From Actinomycetota bacterium (GTDB taxonomy: Bacteria; Actinomycetota; UBA4738; JACQTL01): a stretch of DNA of 64,000 nucleotides. The notes below the pieces were generated by a model. It was not told the DNA's origin, ran no database searches, and saw nothing but the letters and a program-made list of their open reading frames with translations. This document shows, piece after piece, positions 24,999 to 34,998 of this stretch. The stretch spans positions 128,846-192,845 of the forward strand of contig JBJMLO010000008.1 in the NCBI GenBank assembly GCA_045805265.1. Direction: 5' to 3'. Within the stretch, counting starts at the first letter, position 1; the number at the start of each line of letters is the position of its first letter. A program made the position numbers and the translations under genes.

Positions 24999-27415
24999 CA
25001 CTCGCTCCGCAGCACGACGGACGCGCGGGTGCGCGCGGCGAACCGGCCCGGGACCGCCGCGACCAGGTTCGCCAGCGCCAGCGCCGCGGGGATCGCCAGG
25101 AGCGCGGGAATCAGCGCGACCACCGGCTCGGGCACGACCCCGATCTGGTCTGCGAAGTACGTCCACGTCCACCTGCCCGCGGCGAGCCCGAGTGGCACCC
25201 CGACGACGAGCGCGATCAGGACGACCGCGGTGGCCTGCCACGCCACCGTCGCCGAGACCTGCCGCCGGACGAACCCCAGGGTCTTGAGGATGGCCAGGTC
25301 GCGCCGGCGTCGCCGCACCGACGTCACCAGCATGTGGGCCATCGCGGCGGCCGCCGCCAGGGCGAGCAGCCCGGCCAGGAATAGGGGCAGGGCCTGGATC
25401 CGCCGGAGGTTCCCGAGCTGGGTCCCCTGGCTCGGGGTCTCGGCGACGGCTCCGTACTGCATGAACTCCCGGTTCACCTTGCGGATCTCGGTCGGGATGT
25501 CCGTCCGGGGCGCGAACCGGAACGCGAAGCCGTTCGCCACCGCGCCTGGGTCGATCGTGTGCAGCCCGGCGAGGGTGACGCCCGCGCCCTCCCCGAGGCC
25601 CGGCCCGAAACCGTTGTCGGGGAACACCGCGCGCCCCACCACGCGCATGGTCGTTGGCCGCCCCGCGTGGACCGCGGGGACCAGGTCGCCCACCTCCGCG
25701 TGGATGATCCGCAGGGTCTTGGAACCGAGGGCGATCTCGCGGGCCGACCTGGGCCAGCGCCCCTCCGCGACGGTCGGATGGAGGTTGCCCCGCACCCGTT
25801 GGATGGCCCAGACGTTGACGTTGCTGCCACCCTCCGGGCCAACCTGGATGAACTCGCGGAAGCTCGCGGCGGAGAGATCCGTGATGGCGGGGTCGCGCCG
25901 CAGGCCATTCAACATCGCCGCCGCTGCGTCGGGCCCGACGAAGGGCGAGCCGGTGTCGGCCTGCCAGGTCCACCCGTACAGGCGGGGTGTGTGGAGGAGG
26001 TGATGGAAGCTCGATCCGAAGGTCAGGGCCGCCGCCAGAGCCCCGATCGACAGTGCGGCGCCGACCACCGCGCTCCGCACGGGCGTGGCGGTCCTGCCGC
26101 GGCCGGTCTCCAGGGCCAGGCGGACCCCGGTCACGGCGCTTGGCGGGAACCCGGCACGCGCCACCGCGGCCGCGACCGCCGACGGACGGGCCCGTCCGCT
26201 CAGGTCGGCGGACCCCTGCAGGTCGCCCGGGAGTCGGGCCACCCTCCAGGCGGGCATGACGCCGACGAGGAGCGTGACGGCGACGACGCCGACCACTCCG
26301 CCGAGCAGGACGATCGAGTCAAACGAGAACCCTGGGTGGGGTTCGATCAGACGGGCGAAGTGCCCGAGCGGCATCACCGGGGAGAGTGCCGCCGCCAGCA
26401 CGAACGCGACGACCGCGCCCAGGATCCCGACCATGGCCGTGCGGACGATGGCGACAGCGAACAACTGACGCCGGGTCATGCCGAGGGCGCGCAGCCGCGG
26501 GTTCTCCCCCGATTCCTCGAAAGTCCGGCGCACGAGCGCCTGGCCGAAGATCAGCAGCCCGGCCACCACCGCCAGCCCCGCGAACAGCCACAGCGAGAGG
26601 GCCAGCAGGTGGGTCGACCGTCCGACGAGGATCGCCTCGTTCTCGTTCGAGAAGGAGAAGGCACCCGGCGACACCCGATCGACCGCCCGCTGGAAGGCGG
26701 GCACGTCGGCCAGCCCGTGGCGCAGCCGGACCCCCGCCACCGGAAGCGTCAGGGCCTTGGACACGTACCGTCGGTCGAACTCGGGGCCGACGAACACGTC
26801 CTTGGAGTCGGTCAGCTCCCCGGCCGCGAAGACGACGCCGACCACCCGGACGTGGACCGGTGACAGGAAGTCGCGGCGGCTCAGGGTCCCGGCCAGGGCG
26901 CGCGTCGGATCGATCCCCTTCCTCACCAGGACCAGCTGCAGACGCGCCCCCAGGTGGACCCGGGGATCCTGGTGGGGCTGGTACCCGACGGCGATCTCGT
27001 CGGGCCGGTCAGGGTCGGGGAGCCGCCCCGACAGCAGCTTGGCCCGGATCCCTGGCGCGTGTGGGACGGGCGTGTTGAAGTTCGTGTCCCCGCCCCACAG
27101 CAGGTCGCCGTCAGACGTGCGGGCGACGCCGACCGGGGACGGGACGATGGTGCCGTCGACGACCTCGGGCAACCGGAGGATCGCCGGGAGGTTTGCCGGA
27201 GGGAAGTCGGCCGGCCCCCCCGTGCCGTTGAACACGAACACATCCGGCGGCCTCGTCGCGGCCAGGAACCGCGCGTACGCCGAGTCCGTGCGACGCGCCC
27301 CGGCAGCGGCGGCCAGGGTGACGCCGCCGAACAGGCCGAGCACGAGGGCGAGCGCGATCAGCGACCGCAGGCCCGACCGGAGCTCGGCGCGGAGCCGGGC
27401 CCAGACGGCGGTCAA
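24998..27415 (-). CDS. ABC transporter permease, two-FtsX-domain MacB-like, copy 4
   Basis: Track ORF 24998..27415 has a TTG start (MTAVWARLRAELRSGLRSLIALALVLGLFGG) with GAGGAG 8 nt upstream. Confidence 0.85.
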   Translation of the reverse strand: MTAVWARLRAELRSGLRSLIALALVLGLFGGVTLAAAAGARRTDSAYARFLAATRPPDVFVFNGTGGPADFPPANLPAILRLPEVVDGTIVPSPVGVARTSDGDLLWGGDTNFNTPVPHAPGIRAKLLSGRLPDPDRPDEIAVGYQPHQDPRVHLGARLQLVLVRKGIDPTRALAGTLSRRDFLSPVHVRVVGVVFAAGELTDSKDVFVGPEFDRRYVSKALTLPVAGVRLRHGLADVPAFQRAVDRVSPGAFSFSNENEAILVGRSTHLLALSLWLFAGLAVVAGLLIFGQALVRRTFEESGENPRLRALGMTRRQLFAVAIVRTAMVGILGAVVAFVLAAALSPVMPLGHFARLIEPHPGFSFDSIVLLGGVVGVVAVTLLVGVMPAWRVARLPGDLQGSADLSGRARPSAVAAAVARAGFPPSAVTGVRLALETGRGRTATPVRSAVVGAALSIGALAAALTFGSSFHHLLHTPRLYGWTWQADTGSPFVGPDAAAAMLNGLRRDPAITDLSAASFREFIQVGPEGGSNVNVWAIQRVRGNLHPTVAEGRWPRSAREIALGSKTLRIIHAEVGDLVPAVHAGRPTTMRVVGRAVFPDNGFGPGLGEGAGVTLAGLHTIDPGAVANGFAFRFAPRTDIPTEIRKVNREFMQYGAVAETPSQGTQLGNLRRIQALPLFLAGLLALAAAAAMAHMLVTSVRRRRRDLAILKTLGFVRRQVSATVAWQATAVVLIALVVGVPLGLAAGRWTWTYFADQIGVVPEPVVALIPALLAIPAALALANLVAAVPGRFAARTRASVVLRSE

Positions 27416-27417
27416 TT

Positions 27418-28170
27418 TCAGTGCTCCTCGGCCCCGTCGTCGATGGTCCCGAACGTGGGGTCGTGACCGGCGGCCACGCCAACGGGGGTCGCGCCGTCGT
27501 CGATCCGCCCGTCGCGCATCTTGACGATGCGGTCGGCGGCCGCGGCCACCGAGTCGTCGTGGGTGACGAGGAGGATGGCCTGGCCGTCACGGTGCAGCCG
27601 GCGGAACAGCTCCATGACCTCGGCCCCGCCTGCCGAGTCCAGCGCCCCCGTGGGCTCGTCGGCCAGCAGCAGCGTGGGCTGGTTGGCGAGGGCCCGGGCG
27701 ATGGCCAGGCGCTGGCGCTGCCCGCCGGACAGGACGCCGGGGGCCTTTCCGGCCTTGTCGGACAGGCCGAGGAGATCGAGCAGGTCCCGGGCCCTCGTCT
27801 CCGCCTGCCGCCGGGGCATGCCGGCAACGATCGCGGGCAGCGTGACGTTCTCCAGCACGCTCATCCCCTCGAGCAGGTTGAAGAACTGGAACACGATGCC
27901 GATGTGGCGGCGCCGCATCCGGGCCAGGTCGTCCTCGTCCATCCCTCCCAGCGACTCGCCGGCCACCTTGATCTCGCCCTCGGACGGGGTGTCCAGGCCC
28001 GCCACCAGGTTGAGCAGGGTCGACTTCCCGCACCCGGAGGGCCCCATGACCGCGACGAACTCGCCGGCGGCGATGTCCATGTCGACCCCCCGCAGGGCGC
28101 GAACCGGCGCCCCCTCCGCCTCCTCGGACTGGTACGTCTTGCGCAGGCCTCGGACCTCGAGCGTGTCCAC
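27418..28170 (-). CDS. ABC transporter ATP-binding protein (MacB/LolD-type ATPase)
   Basis: Track ORF 27418..28851 trimmed to the GTG at VDTLEVRGLRKTYQSEEAEGAPVRALRGVDMDIAAGEFVAVMGPSGCGKSTLL, with GGAGGAGGAGGAA upstream. Walker A, LSGGQRQRLAIARAL and the D-loop are all present. Confidence 0.85.
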   Translation of the reverse strand: MDTLEVRGLRKTYQSEEAEGAPVRALRGVDMDIAAGEFVAVMGPSGCGKSTLLNLVAGLDTPSEGEIKVAGESLGGMDEDDLARMRRRHIGIVFQFFNLLEGMSVLENVTLPAIVAGMPRRQAETRARDLLDLLGLSDKAGKAPGVLSGGQRQRLAIARALANQPTLLLADEPTGALDSAGGAEVMELFRRLHRDGQAILLVTHDDSVAAAADRIVKMRDGRIDDGATPVGVAAGHDPTFGTIDDGAEEH

Positions 28171-28447
28171 GGCTTCCTCCTCCTCGTCGAGCGTAGGTAC
28201 GAATGCGATCGGATCATCCGCCTCGCGATCGCACGAGGGAAGGGTGGAGGCCGCCGAGGCCGGGAAGGCCTCACCGGGTTCGCCGGTGGTGCTGGCACCC
28301 TGCTCGAGTCCAGGCACGTGCGGGCCGCCCGAACCCCTCCGCGGCGCGCGAGGACCCGCGTGCCGTCCGGGCAGTTCGAGGGAGGGTACCAGCCGACGTT
28401 TACGGCTCCGGCAAGCCGAGCACATACCGGATCGGGTGGAAGGCTCG

Positions 28448-29992
28448 ATGGGATCGTTCCCGCGCGTCGGCCGCCGCCTGGCTTGGCCCGCGGCCGTCCT
28501 CGCGCTGCTGCTCGTCGTGACCTCCTGCGGGACGAGGGTCCCCGACCGGGAGGTCCGCCGCGACCTGGCCCGGACCGCGTTCCGGCAGGGCGGCGCGGGT
28601 CTCGGGGCAGCCGGGCCGGCCCACGGCGGCGGGGTCCACACGACGTCTCGGGCGACGCGGAACCGTGGCGGCGGGAAACATTCCTCCGCCGGGGGCGGGG
28701 GGCACGGGGGTGGAGGGGGATCCGCGCCCGCCGGCGCCGTGGCGGCGGGAGGAGGTGGGGGCGGGGACAGCCGAGGCGGCCGTGGCTCCTCGGGCTCCGG
28801 TGGCTGTTCCGGCGGCTCCACCGACGTGGGCGTCACGGCGACCTCGATCAAGGTGGGGGCGTCCTACGCCGAGTCCAGCCTGATCCCCGGCGAGTTCCGG
28901 CCGGCCGTCGACGCCGTCGGCGCCTACCTCGACTCGGTGAACCGCTCCAGGGGCGTGTGCGGCCGGCGGTTCCAGTACGTCACCTACAACGACGGCCTGG
29001 ACGCGGGGACCTACGAGGCGAACGTCCGCCGCCTGGTCGAGAAGGACAAGGTCTTCTCGCTCCTCGGCAGCCTCTCGGCCGCCGACTCCGGCGGCTGCAA
29101 CTACATGGGGTCCCAGAAGCCGCCGAACGGCGTCCCGGACGTCGGCGCCTTCTCGCTGTCGTATTGCCGGGGGCAGTCGGCCAACTTCCTGTCGCCCGTC
29201 GGTTCCCTCCATCCCGGGCTGTACGGCTGCTGCGCCGAGTGGGACTTCCTCGAGCACAAGTACGGCTTCCACCACCCCGCCGTGCACTACCTGGACGTGG
29301 CGATCTCCCACGACGAGGGCCTGGAGGTCGTCGACAGCCTGGTGCGGACGCTGCACCTCTCCGGCCGGGGCGCCGTCTACCAGGGCGAGCACTCCGCCGC
29401 CCAGTTCGACTACACGGGCGACGTCATCCAGATGCAGCAGCACGGCGTGGACAGCGTGTGGTCCTCGATGGACCTGAACAACGACGTGAAGCTGGTCCGG
29501 GCCATCTGCCAGCAGGGGTGGCATCCGAAGGTCATCCACCTCGAGGTGTCCTCCTACGACCCGTCGCTGCAGGACCGCATCGGGGCGTCGTGCGTGTCCA
29601 GCCAGAACATCTGGATGCGATCGGTGTTCCTGCCGTTCACCAGCTCGAACCCGCAGATCCGGCGCTACGTCGCGACGCTGCACGGGTACTGCTCGAGCTG
29701 CCCGCCGACCACGTTCGGCATGATGGGCTGGCTGTCGGCGGAGATGTTCGTGGACGCCGTGCGGGCCGCGGGCGGCAACCTGACCCGGGCGGCGCTGTAC
29801 CGCCGGCTGGACGCCCTGAGGAACTGGACCGCGGGCGGCGTCATGGGCCCGGTCACGCCCTCCCAGCGGATCCCGTACCACTGCAACACGATGCTGCACG
29901 TGGTGGCGAACGGCTTCGTGCAGGGAAGCGGCATGCTGTGCGGGCCCTTCTACCGCGAGGGCGACTACTCGGGCCCGCCGGCGGCCGGGTGA
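28448..29992 (+). CDS. branched-chain amino-acid ABC transporter substrate-binding lipoprotein (LivK/PBP1-like) with a long Gly-rich linker
   Basis: Track ORF 27521..29992 trimmed to MGSFPRVGRRLAWPAAVLALLLVVTSCG (lipobox). An unusual ~90-aa Gly/Ser-rich low-complexity linker precedes the PBP fold. Confidence 0.8.
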   Translation: MGSFPRVGRRLAWPAAVLALLLVVTSCGTRVPDREVRRDLARTAFRQGGAGLGAAGPAHGGGVHTTSRATRNRGGGKHSSAGGGGHGGGGGSAPAGAVAAGGGGGGDSRGGRGSSGSGGCSGGSTDVGVTATSIKVGASYAESSLIPGEFRPAVDAVGAYLDSVNRSRGVCGRRFQYVTYNDGLDAGTYEANVRRLVEKDKVFSLLGSLSAADSGGCNYMGSQKPPNGVPDVGAFSLSYCRGQSANFLSPVGSLHPGLYGCCAEWDFLEHKYGFHHPAVHYLDVAISHDEGLEVVDSLVRTLHLSGRGAVYQGEHSAAQFDYTGDVIQMQQHGVDSVWSSMDLNNDVKLVRAICQQGWHPKVIHLEVSSYDPSLQDRIGASCVSSQNIWMRSVFLPFTSSNPQIRRYVATLHGYCSSCPPTTFGMMGWLSAEMFVDAVRAAGGNLTRAALYRRLDALRNWTAGGVMGPVTPSQRIPYHCNTMLHVVANGFVQGSGMLCGPFYREGDYSGPPAAG

Positions 29993-29996
29993 AGCG

Positions 29997-32003
29997 ATGA
30001 CGCGCCTGCTGCAGATCGCCGTGGCGGCGGTCCCCGTCGGGAGCGTCTATGCGCTGGCCGCCTCCGGGCTGGTCCTCACGTACCGGACGTCGCGGGTCTT
30101 CAACTTCGCCCACGGCGCGGTGGGAATGTTCTGCGCGTTCCTGTTCTACCAGGCGTGGGTGGCCTGGAAGCTCCCGGTGGGCATCGCGTTCGTCCTGGTG
30201 GTGGCCGTGTTCGCGCCGGCCATGGCCCTCCTGCTGGAACGGGTGGTGTTCCGCCGGCTGCGGGACGCCGCGACCTCGGTGAAGGTCGTGGTGACCGTCG
30301 GGCTGCTCATCGCCCTGCAGGGCGGCGCCTCGGCGATCTGGGGCAGCCAGGGCTCGCTGTTCCTTCCGCCGCTGTTCCCCCAGGGCTCGGTGCGGATCGC
30401 GGGCGGGGTGCGGCTGGGGTTCGACCAGCTGGCCATCCTCGCCATCAGCGTGGGCACGATGGTGGTCCTGGGGGCCGTCATCCGGTTCACCCCGTTCGGA
30501 CTGCGGGTCCGGGCCGGCGTCGACCGGCCGGACCTGGCCGAGCTGTCGGGCGTGGACACGGCGCGGGTGTCCGCGATCTCGTGGGCCATCGGGTTCGCCA
30601 CCGCGGCGATGGCCGGCATCCTGCTCTCCCCCACGCTCGGCCTCGACTCCTACACGCTCACGCTGTTCGTGATCCAGGCCTTCGCGGCCGCCCTGATTGG
30701 GCGACTGGAGAGCTTCCCGCTGGTGTTCCTGGGAGGGATGGTCGTGTCGCTGCTGGAGCAGATGGCGACGGCGTACCTGCCGTCGTCGTGCAGCTTGTGC
30801 CTGGCCGTCCGCCCGGCGATCCCGTTCGCGCTGATCTTCGGCCTCCTCGCGTTCGCGGCGATGGTGCCGGGATCGCGGCTGGGGCGGTGGGTCCGCACGG
30901 GAACGGGCGAACCCTCGGCGCCGCCGCCGGTCGCGGCGCGGCCCGGCCCGGGCGGGCGAACCACCGTCGTGGCCGTCGTGGCCGCGCTGGCGGTGGCGGC
31001 GCCCCTGCTCCCGGACGACTGGCTGCTCCGCGAGGAACGGGGGCTGGTGATGGCGGGGGTGTTCGCCAGCCTGGTGCTGCTGTCGGGCCTGTCCGGGCAG
31101 ATCTCGCTGACGCACACGGCGTTCGTGGGGACCGGCGCGTTCACGATGGCCGTCCTGGCCTCGCACGGGGTCCCGTGGCCGGTGGCGCTCGGCGTGGCCG
31201 GGCTGGCCGTGGTCCCGGTCGCGATCTTCGTGGCGCTCCCGGCGATCCGTCTCCAGGGGCTGAACGTGGCGCTGATCACGTTCGGGTTCGGGCTGGTGGT
31301 GGCCCAGGTGTTCCAATCGACGCTGACCGGGGGGACGACCGGCATGACCGCCCCCCGCCCTTCGTTCGCGACGTCGTCGGTGGCGTACTGCTACGTGCTC
31401 CTGGCCGTGGCCACCGCGCTCGTGCTGGTGGTGCGCAACGTGCAGCGCAGCGCCACCGGACGGATCCTCGCTGCGATCCGCGACAGCGAGCCTGCGGCCC
31501 GGTCGATCGGCGTCCGCCTGCCGATCTACCGGCTGGCGGTGTTCGCGCTGTCCGCGTTCATGGCCGCGATCGGGGGCGCGGCGCTCGCGTCCCTGCAGGG
31601 CCTCGTCACGTTCAACGACTTCCACCCACTGTTCTCGCTCATCTGGCTGTCGGTGGCGGTGATCGGCGGGCTGGGCACGGCAGCCGGCGCGGTCGTGGGC
31701 GCGGCGCTCTGGGGGCTGGGCTCGACGTCCGTCGGCGCCCTGCCCCAGGTGGCCTTCGGGCTGGGCGCGATGCTCCTGGCGCACAACGAGCGCGGGATCG
31801 CCGGGGCGTGGCCGGTCGTCCGCCGGGCGCTCGGGCGGGCCGGCGACGTGGCGGGCCGGGCCGCCGCGGCTCACGACGCGCTCCCCCTGGGCGCCGTGCG
31901 CATGCCCTCCCCGCGGGTTCGCACACCGGTGGAGCACCCCGTCGTCGAGCAGCCCGTCGCGGAGGTTCCGGAGTGGGAGGCGACGCCGCATGGCGCTGCT
32001 TGA
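29997..32003 (+). CDS. fused LivH-LivM branched-chain amino-acid ABC transporter permease (668 aa)
   Basis: Track ORF 29997..32003. Two permease halves are joined by a Pro/Ala-rich linker. Confidence 0.85.
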   Translation: MTRLLQIAVAAVPVGSVYALAASGLVLTYRTSRVFNFAHGAVGMFCAFLFYQAWVAWKLPVGIAFVLVVAVFAPAMALLLERVVFRRLRDAATSVKVVVTVGLLIALQGGASAIWGSQGSLFLPPLFPQGSVRIAGGVRLGFDQLAILAISVGTMVVLGAVIRFTPFGLRVRAGVDRPDLAELSGVDTARVSAISWAIGFATAAMAGILLSPTLGLDSYTLTLFVIQAFAAALIGRLESFPLVFLGGMVVSLLEQMATAYLPSSCSLCLAVRPAIPFALIFGLLAFAAMVPGSRLGRWVRTGTGEPSAPPPVAARPGPGGRTTVVAVVAALAVAAPLLPDDWLLREERGLVMAGVFASLVLLSGLSGQISLTHTAFVGTGAFTMAVLASHGVPWPVALGVAGLAVVPVAIFVALPAIRLQGLNVALITFGFGLVVAQVFQSTLTGGTTGMTAPRPSFATSSVAYCYVLLAVATALVLVVRNVQRSATGRILAAIRDSEPAARSIGVRLPIYRLAVFALSAFMAAIGGAALASLQGLVTFNDFHPLFSLIWLSVAVIGGLGTAAGAVVGAALWGLGSTSVGALPQVAFGLGAMLLAHNERGIAGAWPVVRRALGRAGDVAGRAAAAHDALPLGAVRMPSPRVRTPVEHPVVEQPVAEVPEWEATPHGAA

Positions 32004-32793
32004 GGCGCGGGGGATCTCGGTCCGGTACGCCGGGCTGGTCGCCGCCAACGCGGTGTCGCTGGCGCTCGACCCTGGAGACGTGCTAGGGCTGATCGGGCCG
32101 AACGGCGCCGGGAAGACCACCGTGCTGGGGGCCCTGACCGGGTTCGTCCGGCCGAGCGAGGGGCGGGTGGTCCTGGACGGCCGGGACGTGACCGAGTGGA
32201 CGCCCGAGCGGCGGGCGGCCCACGGCCTGGCCCGGACGTTCCAGCGCCTCGAGCTCTTCCGGACGATGACCGTGTTCGACAACCTGCTGGTCGCCGCCGA
32301 GGCCCGGTTCGCCGAGGCCGAGTTCATCGCGGACCTGGCCGGGCGGAGCCGCCGGGGGAAGGCCGAGCTGGCGGCCGCCCAGGTGCTGACGCGACTCGGG
32401 CTGCGTCCGGTCGCGGACCGTGTCGCGGACGAGCTGCCGCTCGGGATCGGCCGCCTCGTGGAGATCGCCCGCGCGCTGTGCACCGGGCCGCGGATCCTCC
32501 TGCTGGACGAGCCGGCGAGCGGCCTGGACGAGGCCGAGACGGAGCGGCTGCGGGCCGTGCTTAGGGAGATCGCCCGCGACGACGGGCTGGGGATCCTCCT
32601 CGTCGAGCACGACCTGCCGATCGTCATGGACCTGTGCGACCGCGTGGCGGTCATGGACTTCGGTTCCCTCATCGCCGAGGGGACTCCCGAGGAGATCCGT
32701 CGCGACCCCGAGGTGCAGGCGGCGTATCTCGGGACGGAATTGCGCTCGGACGAGGGGAAGGAGGTGCGCGGTGCCGGCGCTGCTCGCGGCTGA
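31990..32793 (+). CDS. livG: branched-chain amino-acid ABC transporter ATP-binding protein LivG
   Basis: MALLEARGISVRYAGLVAANAVSLALDPGDVLGLIGPNGAGKTT... Confidence 0.85.
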   Translation: MALLEARGISVRYAGLVAANAVSLALDPGDVLGLIGPNGAGKTTVLGALTGFVRPSEGRVVLDGRDVTEWTPERRAAHGLARTFQRLELFRTMTVFDNLLVAAEARFAEAEFIADLAGRSRRGKAELAAAQVLTRLGLRPVADRVADELPLGIGRLVEIARALCTGPRILLLDEPASGLDEAETERLRAVLREIARDDGLGILLVEHDLPIVMDLCDRVAVMDFGSLIAEGTPEEIRRDPEVQAAYLGTELRSDEGKEVRGAGAARG

Positions 32794-33469
32794 GGACGTC
32801 TCCGCCTCCTACGGCGGCCTCCGGGCGCTGGCCGACGTGTCCGTGGCCGTCCCCGAGCGGTCCCTGGCCGCCGTCCTCGGTCCCAACGGCGCGGGCAAGA
32901 GCACGCTCCTTCGCGTGCTGGCCGGCCTGCACCGGCCCCGGGCCGGGCGCGTTCGCTTCCGGGGCAACGACATCACCGGCCTCCCGGCGCACCGCGTGGC
33001 CCGGGCCGGCGTGGTGCTGGTCCCGGAGGGCCGGTCGGTGTTCCCCTCGCTCTCGGTGGCCGACAACCTCCGGCTGGCCGGCGCGAAGGGCGAGCGGTTC
33101 GACGAGGTCGCGGCCGCCTTTCCCGTCCTCGCCGGGCGGCTCCGGCAGACCGCGGGGACCCTGTCCGGCGGCGAGCAGCAGATGCTGGCGGTGGCCCGGG
33201 CCATGGCCGCCGGCGCCGACGTCCTGCTGCTGGACGAGCCGTCCCTGGGGCTCGCCCCGAGGCTCGTGGAACGCGTCCTGGAATCCGTGCGGAACCTCCG
33301 GGACGAGGGAAGAACCATCGTGTTGGTGGAGCAGTACGTGAGCAGGGCGCTGGAGATGGCCGACGTCGCGTACGTCCTGGACAAGGGCCGGGTCGCATTC
33401 GCCGGGGAGCCCCGCGAGCTCGAGGGGCACCGGGTCCTGGAACGCGCGTACCTGGGGGTCGCCTCGTGA
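32771..33469 (+). CDS. livF: branched-chain amino-acid ABC transporter ATP-binding protein LivF
   Basis: Frame of track ORF 32420..33469. GTG start (VPALLAAEDVSASYGGLRALADVSVAVPERSLAAVLGPNGAGKSTLL) with AAGGAGG 6 nt upstream. Confidence 0.8.
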   Translation: MPALLAAEDVSASYGGLRALADVSVAVPERSLAAVLGPNGAGKSTLLRVLAGLHRPRAGRVRFRGNDITGLPAHRVARAGVVLVPEGRSVFPSLSVADNLRLAGAKGERFDEVAAAFPVLAGRLRQTAGTLSGGEQQMLAVARAMAAGADVLLLDEPSLGLAPRLVERVLESVRNLRDEGRTIVLVEQYVSRALEMADVAYVLDKGRVAFAGEPRELEGHRVLERAYLGVAS

Positions 33470-34998
33470 GACGGAGAGGGCGGGCTCGGGCCGCGGGGCT
33501 GTTGCTGAGCCCGATCCTGGCGTTCTGGGCCGTGGCCGGGGCGGCGGGGGGCGCCCGCGCCTCGGGCTCTGCCGAGCAGCTGTTCCGGGCGTCCGCCACG
33601 GCCACGGCCGTCCACGGGTTCTACGACCACCAGGGCCTGTTCCCGGTCCCGATCGGGAACCTCGACGTGCCGCAGAGCGAGGTGACGCTCGAACCCGGCC
33701 CCGCCACCACGGCGATGGGGTCGTTCCTGTGGGATCCGCAGGCGGCCGAGCTGGGGACGATCTTCTGCGAGCTCTCGAACGGCCAGGCGTGCGGGCTCCC
33801 CAACTACCCCTTCGTGGCCCAGGCCACGTATCCGCCGTCGGGCAAGCACGCCGAGCCCCCGGCCCTCGATGTCTCGGACCCGAGGTCGCCGGTCGAGGTC
33901 CGGGGAGCGGACGAGCACGCGACCGCGCTGGCCACCCGGGCGGGCGCCGACGCCTCGGTCGCCGGCCTGGCGGCCATCCCGATGACGGCGTCGCAGCGAG
34001 CGGCGGCGCGCCGGCTGTCGCTGGCCATCCGGGCCGTGCGGGCCGTCCGGCTGGCGAGCGGCGGCGTCGGCGGTGGCATTCCGGGCCTCCCCTCGGCCTC
34101 CCCGTCTCCCTCGAGCGGGGGAGGAGGCACGACCACCAGGTGGCTCGTCGAGATCGACGCAGCCACGTCGTCGTCGACGCTCACCACCGGAAGCGGCTTC
34201 GCGTCGGCCTCGGCGTCCTCGGAGGTCCACGGCCTGTCGCTCCTCGGCGGGACCGTCACGCTGCGATCCGCGACCGGCGACGCCTCGGCCTCCCAGGGGC
34301 GCGTTCCCGGCGGCCGGGCAGCCGCGCGATGGGCCGGCCTCTCGGTCGGGGGCTACGCGGCCACCGTGGGGCCCGACGGGATCCAGATCCAGGACCGCCG
34401 GCTGGGAGGGCCACAGCTCCGGCAGCTCCAGGACGCGGTGAACGGCGCCCTGTCCCGGGCCGGCCTGTCGCTGTCCCGCGGATCGCACACCGCGCGCCGC
34501 CAAGGCGAAGCGGTCGTCGCGGAGTCCTGGGCGTTGTCCATCGACTACGCACACCAGAACGTTCCCTCGAGCGCGCCGCAGGGCGCGGGCGGGCAGGACG
34601 TGCTCCAGATCCCCGTGGGGTATGCATGGGCCTCGGCCGAGCGGGCCTCGTTCCGGGCGCCCCCCACGTTCCCTGCACCGTCCCTCGGTCCGGTTCCGGT
34701 GCCGCCGGGCGGTCAGGGGGTTCCGCCGGCGCCCCCGGGCGGGACCGGCGTCGGTCCCGGCGGAGGCGGAGTCGGCGGCGCCCCGAACGCCGGCCTCGGC
34801 CCGCCGCCACCGAAGCATGCGGGCAACTCCCGAGTGGGGTCACGCCGGACCTCGCGGTTCCTGCCGGTGGTGGGCACGCTGGACCACGGCATCCCGGCCC
34901 GGTCGGTCGTGTTGCTCGCGCTGGCGGGGGTAGCTTTCGTGGTGGGCATGACCGGGCTCAAGACGATGGAGTCGCTCACGGAGGGCATCCGCCGATGA
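33466..34998 (+). CDS. secreted and C-terminally membrane-anchored hypothetical protein (Ala/Gly/Ser-rich, Pro-rich stalk)
   Basis: Track ORF 33466..34998. The GTG overlaps the livF stop (GTGA). Signal peptide is MRRRGRARAAGLLLSPILAFWAVAGAAGGARA. The C-terminus reads RFLPVVGTLDHGIPARSVVLLALAGVAFVVGMTGL (TM). Confidence 0.65.
   Translation: MRRRGRARAAGLLLSPILAFWAVAGAAGGARASGSAEQLFRASATATAVHGFYDHQGLFPVPIGNLDVPQSEVTLEPGPATTAMGSFLWDPQAAELGTIFCELSNGQACGLPNYPFVAQATYPPSGKHAEPPALDVSDPRSPVEVRGADEHATALATRAGADASVAGLAAIPMTASQRAAARRLSLAIRAVRAVRLASGGVGGGIPGLPSASPSPSSGGGGTTTRWLVEIDAATSSSTLTTGSGFASASASSEVHGLSLLGGTVTLRSATGDASASQGRVPGGRAAARWAGLSVGGYAATVGPDGIQIQDRRLGGPQLRQLQDAVNGALSRAGLSLSRGSHTARRQGEAVVAESWALSIDYAHQNVPSSAPQGAGGQDVLQIPVGYAWASAERASFRAPPTFPAPSLGPVPVPPGGQGVPPAPPGGTGVGPGGGGVGGAPNAGLGPPPPKHAGNSRVGSRRTSRFLPVVGTLDHGIPARSVVLLALAGVAFVVGMTGLKTMESLTEGIRR

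Noticed and set aside
15472-26003. Very long plus-strand ORFs (938, 808, 1246 and 1034 aa) across the permease operon
   Set aside because: They are Arg/Gly/Pro/Asp-rich low-complexity translations antisense to, or out of frame with, the clearly recognisable FtsX permease genes.
28380-28400. CGTGCCG-containing sequence upstream of the ABC ATPase that might be another -24/-12 site
   Set aside because: The GG-N10-GC geometry is not satisfied, so it was judged to be a chance GC-rich match.
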